A stretch of DNA of 64,000 nucleotides, taken from Marine Group III euryarchaeote CG-Epi1 (lineage in GTDB: Archaea > Thermoplasmatota > Poseidoniia > MGIII > CG-Epi1). Shown piece by piece: positions 27,937 to 36,885 of the stretch. Location: the NCBI GenBank assembly GCA_001875345.1, contig MIZA01000001.1:3340-67339 (forward strand), given 5' to 3'. The notes under the pieces are model-generated. The model saw nothing but the letters and a program-made list of their open reading frames with translations, had not been told where the DNA came from and did no database searches. Each line of letters begins with the position of its first letter. Position 1 is the stretch's first letter. The translations under genes were made by a program, and so were the position numbers.

Positions 27937-28859
27937 TCCGTTGCTAAATAAGCTGATAACCATTTTGTACAATAGTTCAAACGTGCATTTGTAAATCTGT
28001 CATCTTCTTTTAAATCTGCAATATAATCTTGGAAACCGGAAAATTCGAAGGTAAGTACTTTGGAAATAAAATTAAACATAACTACCATAGAGGAATCCAC
28101 AATACAGCACATGTCACTCAAATATTCTTTGGAAAGTTGAGGGACAACCATTGATTCGCTAATTACTGCTTTTTGATCATCATTACCAAAATATTTCTTT
28201 AATCTAGAAATGTCATGTGTTTTCTCTTCAGAATGAGCATATCCTGATAACTTGTTATATCTAGAATAGTTTCTAAAATTCGGATAACTCTCTTCAGGGT
28301 AAGTTAACTCCCAAGAAATTAATTCCTTTAGTAAGTCACTAAAACTTAATTCTTGCTTAAGGCCTGATATCATACTTAAAAATTGAACATTATCTAATAT
28401 TTTATCACGATTTGCCCTGTAATTTTTTAATTGATCAACCAGCTCACCATAACTATCAAGGACTGCTGAAGAAAGTTTAACTTTCCATAATCCGGACTCA
28501 TGCTGCGAAAGTGCTAACTGATTAAGAAAAACCCCTCTCATATGGCATTCAATGAAGCTTCTTAGTAACGAATATGCTATGTTGTAATTGCCACAAAATG
28601 ATTGAAAGATAGAATTTGTAAGTATTTTTTGGGACTCTAAATGATGATGGTTGAAGGCTCCAAGTAAAGTAGCTGATTGATCTTGTTTACTAGCATCTTC
28701 TTCATAGGCAATTATTTCTAAATAAATGGAATTATAGAGCGAAAAAGCATCTAGTCCTCTTGTAAAATTATCTATAGATAGTTGCTTTTCAAGATCAATA
28801 TCAGGTGTCGAACTTTGAATGATTGAGCTGGCTATACTCTTGTAAATTTCTTTAGACAT
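27933..28859 (-). CDS. Hypothetical alpha-helical protein (one Rx5H, HEPN-like motif; unassigned)
   Basis: A 308-aa ORF that directly abuts the upstream methyltransferase stop (28860/28859). It contains LLRSFIECHMRG. I recognise no family. Confidence 0.4.
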   Translation of the reverse strand: MSKEIYKSIASSIIQSSTPDIDLEKQLSIDNFTRGLDAFSLYNSIYLEIIAYEEDASKQDQSATLLGAFNHHHLESQKILTNSIFQSFCGNYNIAYSLLRSFIECHMRGVFLNQLALSQHESGLWKVKLSSAVLDSYGELVDQLKNYRANRDKILDNVQFLSMISGLKQELSFSDLLKELISWELTYPEESYPNFRNYSRYNKLSGYAHSEEKTHDISRLKKYFGNDDQKAVISESMVVPQLSKEYLSDMCCIVDSSMVVMFNFISKVLTFEFSGFQDYIADLKEDDRFTNARLNYCTKWLSAYLATD

Positions 28860-29471
28860 TTATTTTGTACCTGTTATCGACAGTGTACCTGCCCAGTCAT
28901 TAGAATTTGCTCTCCAAGAAAATATGTTTTTGTAGTCAGATTTTGCAAAGAAATCTAACCACTCCTCTTCCTTAAACATGTGCATGCGAGTTCCAACTTT
29001 TTCTTGCCAGTCATGGCATTCATCATTTTCAAAATAATGATCGATACCCATTATGAAACGGCCCTTTGGATTAAGCATATTTTTTATCCTCTCAATAACT
29101 ATTAAGGGATTTTCCAAGTAATACAAAACTTCCATAGAAAAAATTAAATCAAACTTTTTATCCGATTTAAAACTATTAAGGTCATCTAGATAATATACAG
29201 CTTCACTTTTCCTATTTTTCGCGTTTAAAATCATATTTTCAGCACCGTCAACCCCAATCGAAAGAGAGCAATTATCTTTTTTAGAAATCTGATCTGCCAC
29301 CCAGCCATTACCGCAACCAAAGTCTAAAAATGTAAAATAATTGCTTTCCGCTTTTAAACGAGACAATGCATAATCAAGAATTTCGGAAACTGATGCTGCA
29401 TGTGAAATTTCCATTCCTTTATCTTTTCCCAAAGTAGCCCATTCGTCAAAGACTTTTGTAGGATGCTGCAT
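28860..29471 (-). CDS. Class I SAM-dependent methyltransferase
   Basis: FLDFGCGNGWVA is motif I. FDLIFSMEVLYYLENP and LNPKGRFIMG are also typical. Confidence 0.7.
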   Translation of the reverse strand: MQHPTKVFDEWATLGKDKGMEISHAASVSEILDYALSRLKAESNYFTFLDFGCGNGWVADQISKKDNCSLSIGVDGAENMILNAKNRKSEAVYYLDDLNSFKSDKKFDLIFSMEVLYYLENPLIVIERIKNMLNPKGRFIMGIDHYFENDECHDWQEKVGTRMHMFKEEEWLDFFAKSDYKNIFSWRANSNDWAGTLSITGTK

Positions 29472-29568
29472 ATATTTTCAATCAATATACTCTATTTTAG
29501 CTTTAACATTGAAATTTAGGTTTAGGCACTAATTTATATCTATAATATACCACACCGCATGGTAAAAT

Positions 29569-30057
29569 ATGTCTAAAGATATTAGAGCTTATGCCGTAAA
29601 ACAAGATGTTGTAGACTATAATGCAGAAAATTTAGTTATGCTACAAGCCCAATTAATTAACAAAGACTATGTCGGTAAAGTTATGGTTGAAAAAGTGTCA
29701 AAAGACGCTGGAGGCTACGCTGCCGGAAAATATTACATTCCCGGAGTTGCCTTAAATTTTGGTGAACATCCTGTTGAAGCCGGACACCGAATTCTTACTG
29801 AGGAGTTGGAAGTAGAAGATAGAGAAATAAAATATGTATCTACACAATCTCACTGGAATGACGAAAAGAAGCACTGGTATGTTTTATTCATCTTTGAAAC
29901 TGTAGATCCATTCACTGAAGAGGAAATGAAAAATGCATGTGAAGGAATTGATGAATTGGTCTACCTAGATTTAGAAGATGCAACTATCGAGAATTCAACA
30001 CAGGGACTTATGGACATAAGAGAAGCCATGAGAAATCCTGGAAAAACTTACATTTAA
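29569..30057 (+). CDS. Nudix-fold-like protein with a degenerate Nudix box
   Basis: GEHPVEAGHRILTEELEV aligns to GEx4AAxREx2EExG, but with REx2EE changed to RIx2EE and the final G changed to E. Confidence 0.35.
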   Translation: MSKDIRAYAVKQDVVDYNAENLVMLQAQLINKDYVGKVMVEKVSKDAGGYAAGKYYIPGVALNFGEHPVEAGHRILTEELEVEDREIKYVSTQSHWNDEKKHWYVLFIFETVDPFTEEEMKNACEGIDELVYLDLEDATIENSTQGLMDIREAMRNPGKTYI

Positions 30058-30097
30058 ATTAAGGAAAACTATTAAAGTATGTGGTTAGGCCACATCT

Positions 30098-30529
30098 GTG
30101 GCAAAAACAACCATCGGCTGGAGAGAAAGGGTAATATTGTTGGATTTCGATAAAAGCGTAATTAAAGCTAAAATGGACACCGGCGCAAGGACTTCTTCTT
30201 TACATGCTACTCACATATCTGAGAGCGATGATTCAGGGAAAAAATATGTTACATTCAGACTTAAGAATATTGGTAATAATACTAAATACAAATTTTTCAA
30301 AAGTGAACTGAAAGAATGGAGAATTGTACGAAATTCTGGCGGGGACGAAGAATACCGACCAGTCATTAACACAAAAGTGAAAATTGGTAACAAGACAATG
30401 AATATTGAAATAACTTTAACCCAAAGATCGAGGATGAGCTACGATATGCTTATTGGAAGAACTGCACTTAGAAAGAAATTCTTGATAGATTCAGGAAAAT
30501 CATATTCAACAAAATTGGTGAAAAAATGA
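30098..30529 (+). CDS. RimK-associated retropepsin-like protease (ATP-dependent zinc protease family, DUF785)
   Basis: GTG start. [14 protein letters not shown] is the DTGA aspartic-protease motif, and DMLIGRTAL lies near the C-terminus. The gene overlaps rimK by 4 nt. Confidence 0.7.
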   Translation: MAKTTIGWRERVILLDFDKSVIKAKMDTGARTSSLHATHISESDDSGKKYVTFRLKNIGNNTKYKFFKSELKEWRIVRNSGGDEEYRPVINTKVKIGNKTMNIEITLTQRSRMSYDMLIGRTALRKKFLIDSGKSYSTKLVKK

Positions 30530-31401
30530 AAATTTTAGTTTTATCCAGAAACAAAAACCTTTATTCTACCAGAAGAATTATTCACTCAGCTGAAAAGTTA
30601 GGTCATGAAGTTCGTGTTGTAGATTACTTACGATGTTATATGAATATCACGTCTAAAAAACCTACAGTAATATTCCGAGGAGAAAAGCTAGAGAACTATG
30701 ATGCTGTAATATCTAGGATTGGAGCCAGTTATACTTTCTATGGAGCTGCAGTTGTTAGACAATTTGAAATGGCTGGCTTATTCACTATAAATCGTTCTGA
30801 GGCTATCACAAGATCAAGAGATAAACTGAGATCACTTCAAATCTTGGCTAGAGAAGGCATAGGGTTGCCAGTTACTGGCTTTGCTAATCATACTGCAGAT
30901 ATAGACGGTATGATAGATACTGTGGAAGGAATTCCTCTTGTTATCAAATTATTAGAAGGAACACAAGGAAAAGGCGTTGTTTTAGCCGAGACAAAAAAAG
31001 CAGCTAGCAGTGTTCTAAGTGCATTTAGACAGTTAAAAGCCAATATTCTCGTTCAAGAATTCATCAAAGAAGCTGATGGTAAAGATATCAGAGCTCTGGT
31101 AATCGGAAATGAGGTTGTAGGAGCTATGGAGAGAACTGCTCCTGAAGGCGATTTTAGAGCTAATTTGCATCTTGGAGGCGACGGAAGAGAAGTTATTCTC
31201 TCTGATGAAGAAAAAAATATCGCAATTAAAGCCGCTAAGACATTAGGCTTAGGAATAGCTGGTGTAGACTTAATAAGATCCAACAGAGGATTGCTAGTTA
31301 TTGAAGTCAACTCATCTCCTGGGCTCGAAGGTATTGAAGCTGCTACAAGCAAGGATATCGCTTCGAAAATGATAAATTATATAGAATCAAAAATTAATTG
31401 A
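30526..31401 (+). CDS. rimK: RimK-family alpha-L-glutamate ligase (ATP-grasp)
   Basis: [44 protein letters not shown] and [14 protein letters not shown] are canonical RimK motifs. Confidence 0.85.
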   Translation: MKILVLSRNKNLYSTRRIIHSAEKLGHEVRVVDYLRCYMNITSKKPTVIFRGEKLENYDAVISRIGASYTFYGAAVVRQFEMAGLFTINRSEAITRSRDKLRSLQILAREGIGLPVTGFANHTADIDGMIDTVEGIPLVIKLLEGTQGKGVVLAETKKAASSVLSAFRQLKANILVQEFIKEADGKDIRALVIGNEVVGAMERTAPEGDFRANLHLGGDGREVILSDEEKNIAIKAAKTLGLGIAGVDLIRSNRGLLVIEVNSSPGLEGIEAATSKDIASKMINYIESKIN

Positions 31402-31406
31402 AAGCT

Positions 31407-32879
31407 CTAAAGTGTTAATACTCCGCCTAGTGGCATAGAATTCAATTCTTGTAAATCCCCTCTAAGTGTTGGACCATCGGTAATTGTAGCAAAAATCCCT
31501 ATTTCGCCCGCATCATTATTTGCTAGACTAAACCAAGGACGGCCATATTGATCAACTGCCATGTCAAGAAAATCACCGAGCCCACCGCATCTTTCGTACC
31601 CGCATCCCTCTGGATATGCATTACTGCTGTCTATTGGGTCTTCTGGCAGATTAACTTGTACTGTTGTAAAAAGTGGAACCTCTGAAAAAGCATCAGTTGA
31701 TATTGTCATATATCCATTCCATGTTTGATTTCCTGTATCTCCCACATATCCAAATGCCACTCTTCCATCCGAACCTGCTGTTACTACTGGAAAACCTGTT
31801 CCTACGAGGCCAATCGGAGGTGCAATCATCATAGCTTCACTCCAAGAACCTCCATTATCTCTAGAATATGCATAATATGGCATATTATCACTACCCATCC
31901 ACATAGCATGGACATTGTTATTATCATCAATTGCTACTTGAGCTTCTTCAAAATTCCAAGTATCTGCAGTTCCTGATTTTTCTGTAGGTAATGGATGCTC
32001 AGTCCAAGTAAATCCTCCGTCGGTACTCCTGTAAATTGAATAACCACTTCCATTACAACCTACATTTCCTCTGTAAAAATTACCATTATCTGCGCCTTCG
32101 ATGTGTGCACTTAAACCTCCACTATTGCAGTCAAGAGGTGCACCTGGGACTTCAGGACTCCAGGTTAAGCCGCCATCAAAACTTGTTGAACAAAGTGGTG
32201 CTGCCCAATTTCCATTAACACAGAATACCCATGTAGTTGGGTGAGCTAATGCAGGGTAAGGTGATGAACCTATAGTTTGGTGATCTTGAACTGAGTATGA
32301 GGTTGCAAAAGTCGGTGGAGACCACGAAGAACCATCATTATCTGACCATTCTACTGTCATTCCAGCTAGAGCATGCATATCAAATTTCATTATTCTATCT
32401 GTCCATTTATCAACATAAACATAAGGGTCATTGCTATTGGGTACTGGAGATATAGGGTCGTAAGTATTAGCGCAAGAATAATCCGACAAACTTGTCATTT
32501 CTATGAGTCCAGAACATTGAACAATTGCAGTTGAACCTGCAGGGCCGTTTCCATAGCTGGACATATACAAATTATCACTTGATGTTATTCCCATCGTTGG
32601 CTCAAATGTAGTTAATCCAATACCGTAATAACTTCCTTGAGTCCAAAAAGGCACATTATTCCCAACTAAGCTTGGAGTTACGTTCAATTGTTCAACTGCA
32701 GATTGATCTAATGCATTAACACCCCCAGAATAATGATACCAAGTAGTTTCAGGAATTGGTCTTTCAAAATCAAAGATACTAGGCTCTTCAAGAATAACTC
32801 TATTATCTTCTGGAGCTAAACAACCTGTAAGAGGCAAATTTAACATGAATGCTAAAATGACATACGATAATACGCGCAC
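31407..32879 (-). CDS. Secreted BNR-repeat (sialidase/exo-alpha-sialidase-like beta-propeller) lipoprotein
   Basis: GTG start and a signal peptide with the lipobox LTGC. There are four Asp-box repeats (SxDxGxTW-like): SDNDGSSWS, SFDGGLTWS, STDGGFTWT and SRDNGGSWS. Confidence 0.7.
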   Translation of the reverse strand: MRVLSYVILAFMLNLPLTGCLAPEDNRVILEEPSIFDFERPIPETTWYHYSGGVNALDQSAVEQLNVTPSLVGNNVPFWTQGSYYGIGLTTFEPTMGITSSDNLYMSSYGNGPAGSTAIVQCSGLIEMTSLSDYSCANTYDPISPVPNSNDPYVYVDKWTDRIMKFDMHALAGMTVEWSDNDGSSWSPPTFATSYSVQDHQTIGSSPYPALAHPTTWVFCVNGNWAAPLCSTSFDGGLTWSPEVPGAPLDCNSGGLSAHIEGADNGNFYRGNVGCNGSGYSIYRSTDGGFTWTEHPLPTEKSGTADTWNFEEAQVAIDDNNNVHAMWMGSDNMPYYAYSRDNGGSWSEAMMIAPPIGLVGTGFPVVTAGSDGRVAFGYVGDTGNQTWNGYMTISTDAFSEVPLFTTVQVNLPEDPIDSSNAYPEGCGYERCGGLGDFLDMAVDQYGRPWFSLANNDAGEIGIFATITDGPTLRGDLQELNSMPLGGVLTL

Positions 32880-32900
32880 AATTCAAATTACGTTAGGTGT

Positions 32901-32910
32901 TATTTAAAAG
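32901..32910 (-). promoter_or_regulatory. TATA box for the BNR-repeat gene (leaderless)
   Basis: The minus strand reads cttttaaata and ends 22 nt upstream of the GTG at 32879. Confidence 0.35.
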
Positions 32911-32919
32911 ATTGTTGAA

Positions 32920-32980
32920 AAATGCCTCGGGGTGGAATGAGGGAAATGAATGTAGACTCTCTCCGACAGCCGAGGCATTT
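32920..32980 (-). terminator. 11-bp perfect inverted repeat followed by a T-run; probable terminator of the peptidase gene
   Basis: AAATGCCTCGG (32920-32930) pairs with CCGAGGCATTT (32970-32980) across a 39-nt loop. On the minus strand the stem runs into TTTTT. Confidence 0.35.
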
Positions 32981-33018
32981 GTTAACTTGTGAGGTGAAAT
33001 ATAATACTATGCTTTTTA

Positions 33019-34764
33019 CTAAGTTTCCCACCAAGGTGGAACCTCAAACCAGCGCTCATCATTTGCGGATCTATCTATCAAAGGTAGGGACAAAGGCTGC
33101 TCAGCTTCTATTAATGTAACTCCGGCAGAAGCGCATGTAGATGGTAGATAGTCTTCGCCTGCATCACTAATTTCTAATTGAATTGTGTGGCCTTCAGGAA
33201 TCACTACGTCCATTGGATTGAACTCCATCTTCATTGTGTAACTTGAAAATGGAGTTACAGATTTAGCCTCATAGCCGCCATCTCTGTACCTTAAATCCAT
33301 CGTAGCGTGACCCAATCTTAATCCAGAAGTTCCATCGGACATTGTGACAAATAGTTGCCCACCGTTACAAGAATTAGCCCTTACTTGAGCATGAAAAGTA
33401 GGTAAACCTGAGATATGCATTTCTGATTCAAGTGGCTGACTTGACAATGTTATTGATGATGAAGAAGATACAGTTCCGAGATTTCCCCAAGTAGAAACAT
33501 CATGTAAATCCCAATTAACATCAACTGAAGGCCAAGTTTCTTCAACATGCCATTCACCATCATTCCTTTGTATTTGAACTTGTGATTGAGGCTCAGGACC
33601 AATTCCCTTAAGATAATAATTAAACCAATTATATAGCTCAATAGACCAATCCATTCTAGTTACTTTTGGAAAAGCCTCTGCTCCGTATCCACTACTCATA
33701 TTTTCATGAACGTTCGGCTGATCTGGATAATTATGGCCCCATTGACCCATTATTCCTTTTACATTAAGTCCCTTATTTCTAAGCATTTGGTAAGTAGGAA
33801 AAGCATGATATGGATCTACATTCCAATCCTGCAAACCCCAAACAATGTAGACACTTCCATTGTAGTTATCAAGAACGTCCTGAAGGTGATAACGCTCTTC
33901 CCAATAATCATTCCATTGATCACCACCGTATTCAGCGAGAGCATAAGTTGTCCAAGGACTAGCTGGACCTATTGCATCGTCAGAACACATTCTCATATCA
34001 TCTGTTGATGCACCTGCAGTAGCGCCTTCGTATAATGCATCGTAGAGCATTGCTCGTGATTCACTTGAACCATTCCTGTAGAACATTTCTCTAACACCGA
34101 TTGAACCTGAGATGGGGACAATTGTCTTCAAATGCGGTGACGGATTTTGAGCTGCTTCCCAATTTGTTGTCCCAGCATATGATTTTCCCATTAAGCCTAC
34201 ATTACCATTAGACCAAGGCTGTTTTCCCAGCCAATCAACTGCAGCTTGTATCCCTATTTGCTCACCTAATCCTTTGACATCCTGACAATGGGTAGATTTA
34301 CCTGAACCAAATGTAGATATTTGAGCCAATGCATATCCATGAGGAACAAATTCTTCGAGAACCCATTGACCTATTCCTAAATCGGGGATAGTGTTAGGAT
34401 TTGAACCTGCAAACTCATAGTATGGGTGAATAGTTGCTATTACTGGAACTAGTGTTCCAGGTGGAACGTCTGGCATCCATAAAGCTACGTGCATCAAAGG
34501 GTCTTCAGGATAACCGGCATCCCTTTCTTCAATAGGTAAATCGACTTCAACAAAATATTCTGAAGGTCCTGTCCAATTATAAACTCCTTTTTCAGGAAGA
34601 GTCGAACGCCAAGATGAAAAATCTAAATCCATTAAGTATCTCTTTTCCAAAGGAACTTCCCACCACTCGTAGCCTGAAATATCATTATCGTCTAGCTCAG
34701 AAGAATTTAAGCACCCAGATGCTAAAAAAATGAAAGAAATTAATAGCGCTTGAGCTTTTTGCAT
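33019..34764 (-). CDS. Secreted CocE/NonD / X-Pro dipeptidyl-peptidase (S15) family hydrolase
   Basis: A signal peptide with the lipobox ASGC, the nucleophile elbow GLMGKSYAGTT, and a large C-terminal beta domain. Confidence 0.7.
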   Translation of the reverse strand: MQKAQALLISFIFLASGCLNSSELDDNDISGYEWWEVPLEKRYLMDLDFSSWRSTLPEKGVYNWTGPSEYFVEVDLPIEERDAGYPEDPLMHVALWMPDVPPGTLVPVIATIHPYYEFAGSNPNTIPDLGIGQWVLEEFVPHGYALAQISTFGSGKSTHCQDVKGLGEQIGIQAAVDWLGKQPWSNGNVGLMGKSYAGTTNWEAAQNPSPHLKTIVPISGSIGVREMFYRNGSSESRAMLYDALYEGATAGASTDDMRMCSDDAIGPASPWTTYALAEYGGDQWNDYWEERYHLQDVLDNYNGSVYIVWGLQDWNVDPYHAFPTYQMLRNKGLNVKGIMGQWGHNYPDQPNVHENMSSGYGAEAFPKVTRMDWSIELYNWFNYYLKGIGPEPQSQVQIQRNDGEWHVEETWPSVDVNWDLHDVSTWGNLGTVSSSSSITLSSQPLESEMHISGLPTFHAQVRANSCNGGQLFVTMSDGTSGLRLGHATMDLRYRDGGYEAKSVTPFSSYTMKMEFNPMDVVIPEGHTIQLEISDAGEDYLPSTCASAGVTLIEAEQPLSLPLIDRSANDERWFEVPPWWET

Positions 34765-34783
34765 TAATATCCAATGGATATGC

Positions 34784-34795
34784 TTAATTATATTT
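34784..34795. promoter_or_regulatory. Shared central TATA element of a divergent leaderless gene pair
   Basis: ttaattatattt lies midway between the divergent start codons at 34764 (-) and 34818 (+), 20-23 nt from each. Confidence 0.35.
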
Positions 34796-34817
34796 CTCCC
34801 ACTATAGTTTAGTATTA

Positions 34818-35999
34818 ATGTTAGGTGGTTTTTACAAAAGAAATTTGCTTAATTTTTTAGAAAAAATTAAGTATGGAACTATTACAATTAACGATGATTT
34901 TTCAAAGACTTTTGGATCTGGAGAACCCAAAGTAACTATCGAGATAGTCTCACCAAGATTCTACAGAAGAACTGTACTAGGCGGCGACTTAGGATTCGCG
35001 GAATCTTATGCAAAGAGTGAATGGTTTACGGATAATTTGACCGATTTAATCACAATATTGATACTCAACAAAGATAACTTATCTGGATTGGATGTTAGAT
35101 GGAGCTTTTTGACAAAGATGCTTGCCAGGATTGGACATTGGAGAAGAAAAAATACTCTATCTGGAAGCAAAAGAAATATTCAAGAGCATTATGATTTAAG
35201 TAATGAAATGTTTACAACCTTTTTGGACGAAACAATGACATACTCATGTGGCTTTTTTGAAAAAGAGAGCGATTCACTTCACCAATCTCAATTAAATAAA
35301 ATTGACAAAATATTAGATAAAGCAGATATAAAAGAAGGACAGCATATACTTGAAATCGGATCTGGATGGGGTGCCTTAGCACGACGGGCGGTTGAAAAAA
35401 AAGGTTGTAAAGTAACTACAATAACTTTATCGGAAAGACAATATGAATATGTGAAAAGTATGATAGAAAAAGAAGACTTAAAGGATCATATTGATATACA
35501 ATTAATTGATTTCAGAAATATTAAAGGGAAATATGACCGCGTTGTCTCGGTTGAAATGATAGAGGCGATTGGCTTTGATTTATTTAATCCATATTTTGAA
35601 CGAATTGAAAAATTAATGAAACCAAATGGAACTGCTGTAATTCAGGCTATAACTTACCCAGATGAAAATTATGACACCTATAGAAAAGGCTGTGACTTCA
35701 TTCAGAAATTTATATTTCCCGGTAGCTTACTGCCCTCAGTAGGAGCCATGGAAAATTCTATCAATTTAACAGGACTAAAAGTTGATAACATAGAGAGAAT
35801 AGGTAGTCATTATGCTACCACTTTAAACATATGGAATAAAAATTTTAATGAAAATATAGACCGGATAAAAGATATGGGGTTTGACCAATATTTCATAAAT
35901 TTATGGAACTATTACTTTAGCTATTGTGAAGCTGGTTTCGCAAATAACACTATAGATGACGTCCAATTAGTAATCAAAGGAGGAATTGCAAATGCTTGA
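34818..35999 (+). CDS. cfa: Cyclopropane-fatty-acyl-phospholipid-synthase-family SAM methylase
   Basis: LGFAESYAKSEWFTDNL, HYDLSNEMFTTFLDETMTYSCGFF and ILEIGSGWGALA are canonical CFA-synthase (CMAS) motifs. Confidence 0.8.
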   Translation: MLGGFYKRNLLNFLEKIKYGTITINDDFSKTFGSGEPKVTIEIVSPRFYRRTVLGGDLGFAESYAKSEWFTDNLTDLITILILNKDNLSGLDVRWSFLTKMLARIGHWRRKNTLSGSKRNIQEHYDLSNEMFTTFLDETMTYSCGFFEKESDSLHQSQLNKIDKILDKADIKEGQHILEIGSGWGALARRAVEKKGCKVTTITLSERQYEYVKSMIEKEDLKDHIDIQLIDFRNIKGKYDRVVSVEMIEAIGFDLFNPYFERIEKLMKPNGTAVIQAITYPDENYDTYRKGCDFIQKFIFPGSLLPSVGAMENSINLTGLKVDNIERIGSHYATTLNIWNKNFNENIDRIKDMGFDQYFINLWNYYFSYCEAGFANNTIDDVQLVIKGGIANA

Positions 36000-36885
36000 A
36001 GCATACGAGAATAGATTACCTGGTGAAAAACTTTCATTACTTGTCAGTTTACCATTTATCTCAGTACATGTGGGCGCTCTGTTTGCTCTCACAATTTCAC
36101 CCTCTCCGTTTGCCCTTTTCATGGTTTTTTTGATGTATTTTATTCGAATGTTTGGAATAACTGCAGGTTTTCATCGGTTTTTTTCTCATAAGACTTTCAA
36201 AACTAGTCGTGCATTTCAATTTATTTTAGCTTACTTGGCTACTTCATCTGCACAAATGGGGCCTATCTGGTGGGCATCTCATCACAGGCATCATCACAAA
36301 TATACTGATGAAATCGAAGATCCGCATACGCCAACAATCAAAGGATTTTTTTGGGCTCACGTGGGATGGATAATGTCGCCTTCTAATGTCCCTACTAAAG
36401 AAGAATACGTCGGAGACCTGAAGAGATTCCCGGAACTTAAATTTTTAGATAAATATCATTACATCGCTCCATTTAGTATGGCTGTATTCTTGTTTGCATT
36501 AGGCGACTACATGGCAATACACTATAGTCAATACAATACAAACGGAATGGAATTATTAATGTGGGGATTTTTTGTTAGTACTGTAATTCTTTACCATGCT
36601 ACATTTACAGTTAATTCGGTTTGTCATGTTTTTGGATACAGGACTTATGATACAAAGGATGGAAGTGTCAATAATTGGATGGTTGCAATCTTAACTTTAG
36701 GAGAAGGATGGCATAATAATCATCACGCATTTCCGAACTCAGAGAGGCAAGGTCATAAATGGTACCAAATTGATATTTGTCATTATATTTTGTGGTCTTT
36801 ATCAAAAATAGGAATTGTCTGGGACATTCGCGATGTACCTGAAGACTCGATTATAGAAAAGCGCTACGGTTCAAATGTGGTTTAA
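35992..36885 (+). CDS. Membrane acyl-CoA/acyl-lipid delta-9 desaturase
   Basis: Three His boxes: HRFFSH, HHRHHH and HNNHH. I prefer ATG 35992 because it is preceded by aaaggagga (a GGAGG Shine-Dalgarno-like sequence about 8 nt upstream). The ORF track starts at TTG 35986. Confidence 0.85.
   Translation: MLEAYENRLPGEKLSLLVSLPFISVHVGALFALTISPSPFALFMVFLMYFIRMFGITAGFHRFFSHKTFKTSRAFQFILAYLATSSAQMGPIWWASHHRHHHKYTDEIEDPHTPTIKGFFWAHVGWIMSPSNVPTKEEYVGDLKRFPELKFLDKYHYIAPFSMAVFLFALGDYMAIHYSQYNTNGMELLMWGFFVSTVILYHATFTVNSVCHVFGYRTYDTKDGSVNNWMVAILTLGEGWHNNHHAFPNSERQGHKWYQIDICHYILWSLSKIGIVWDIRDVPEDSIIEKRYGSNVV

Noticed and set aside
31053-31352. 99-aa minus-strand ORF.
   Set aside because: It is antisense to canonical rimK, has a Ser/Pro/Leu-rich composition typical of reverse-frame translation, and is a shadow ORF.
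33706-34008. 100-aa plus-strand ORF, together with the 63-aa minus-strand ORF at 33450-33641.
   Set aside because: Both lie inside the S15 peptidase gene, antisense or out of frame, and have no motifs. They are shadow ORFs.
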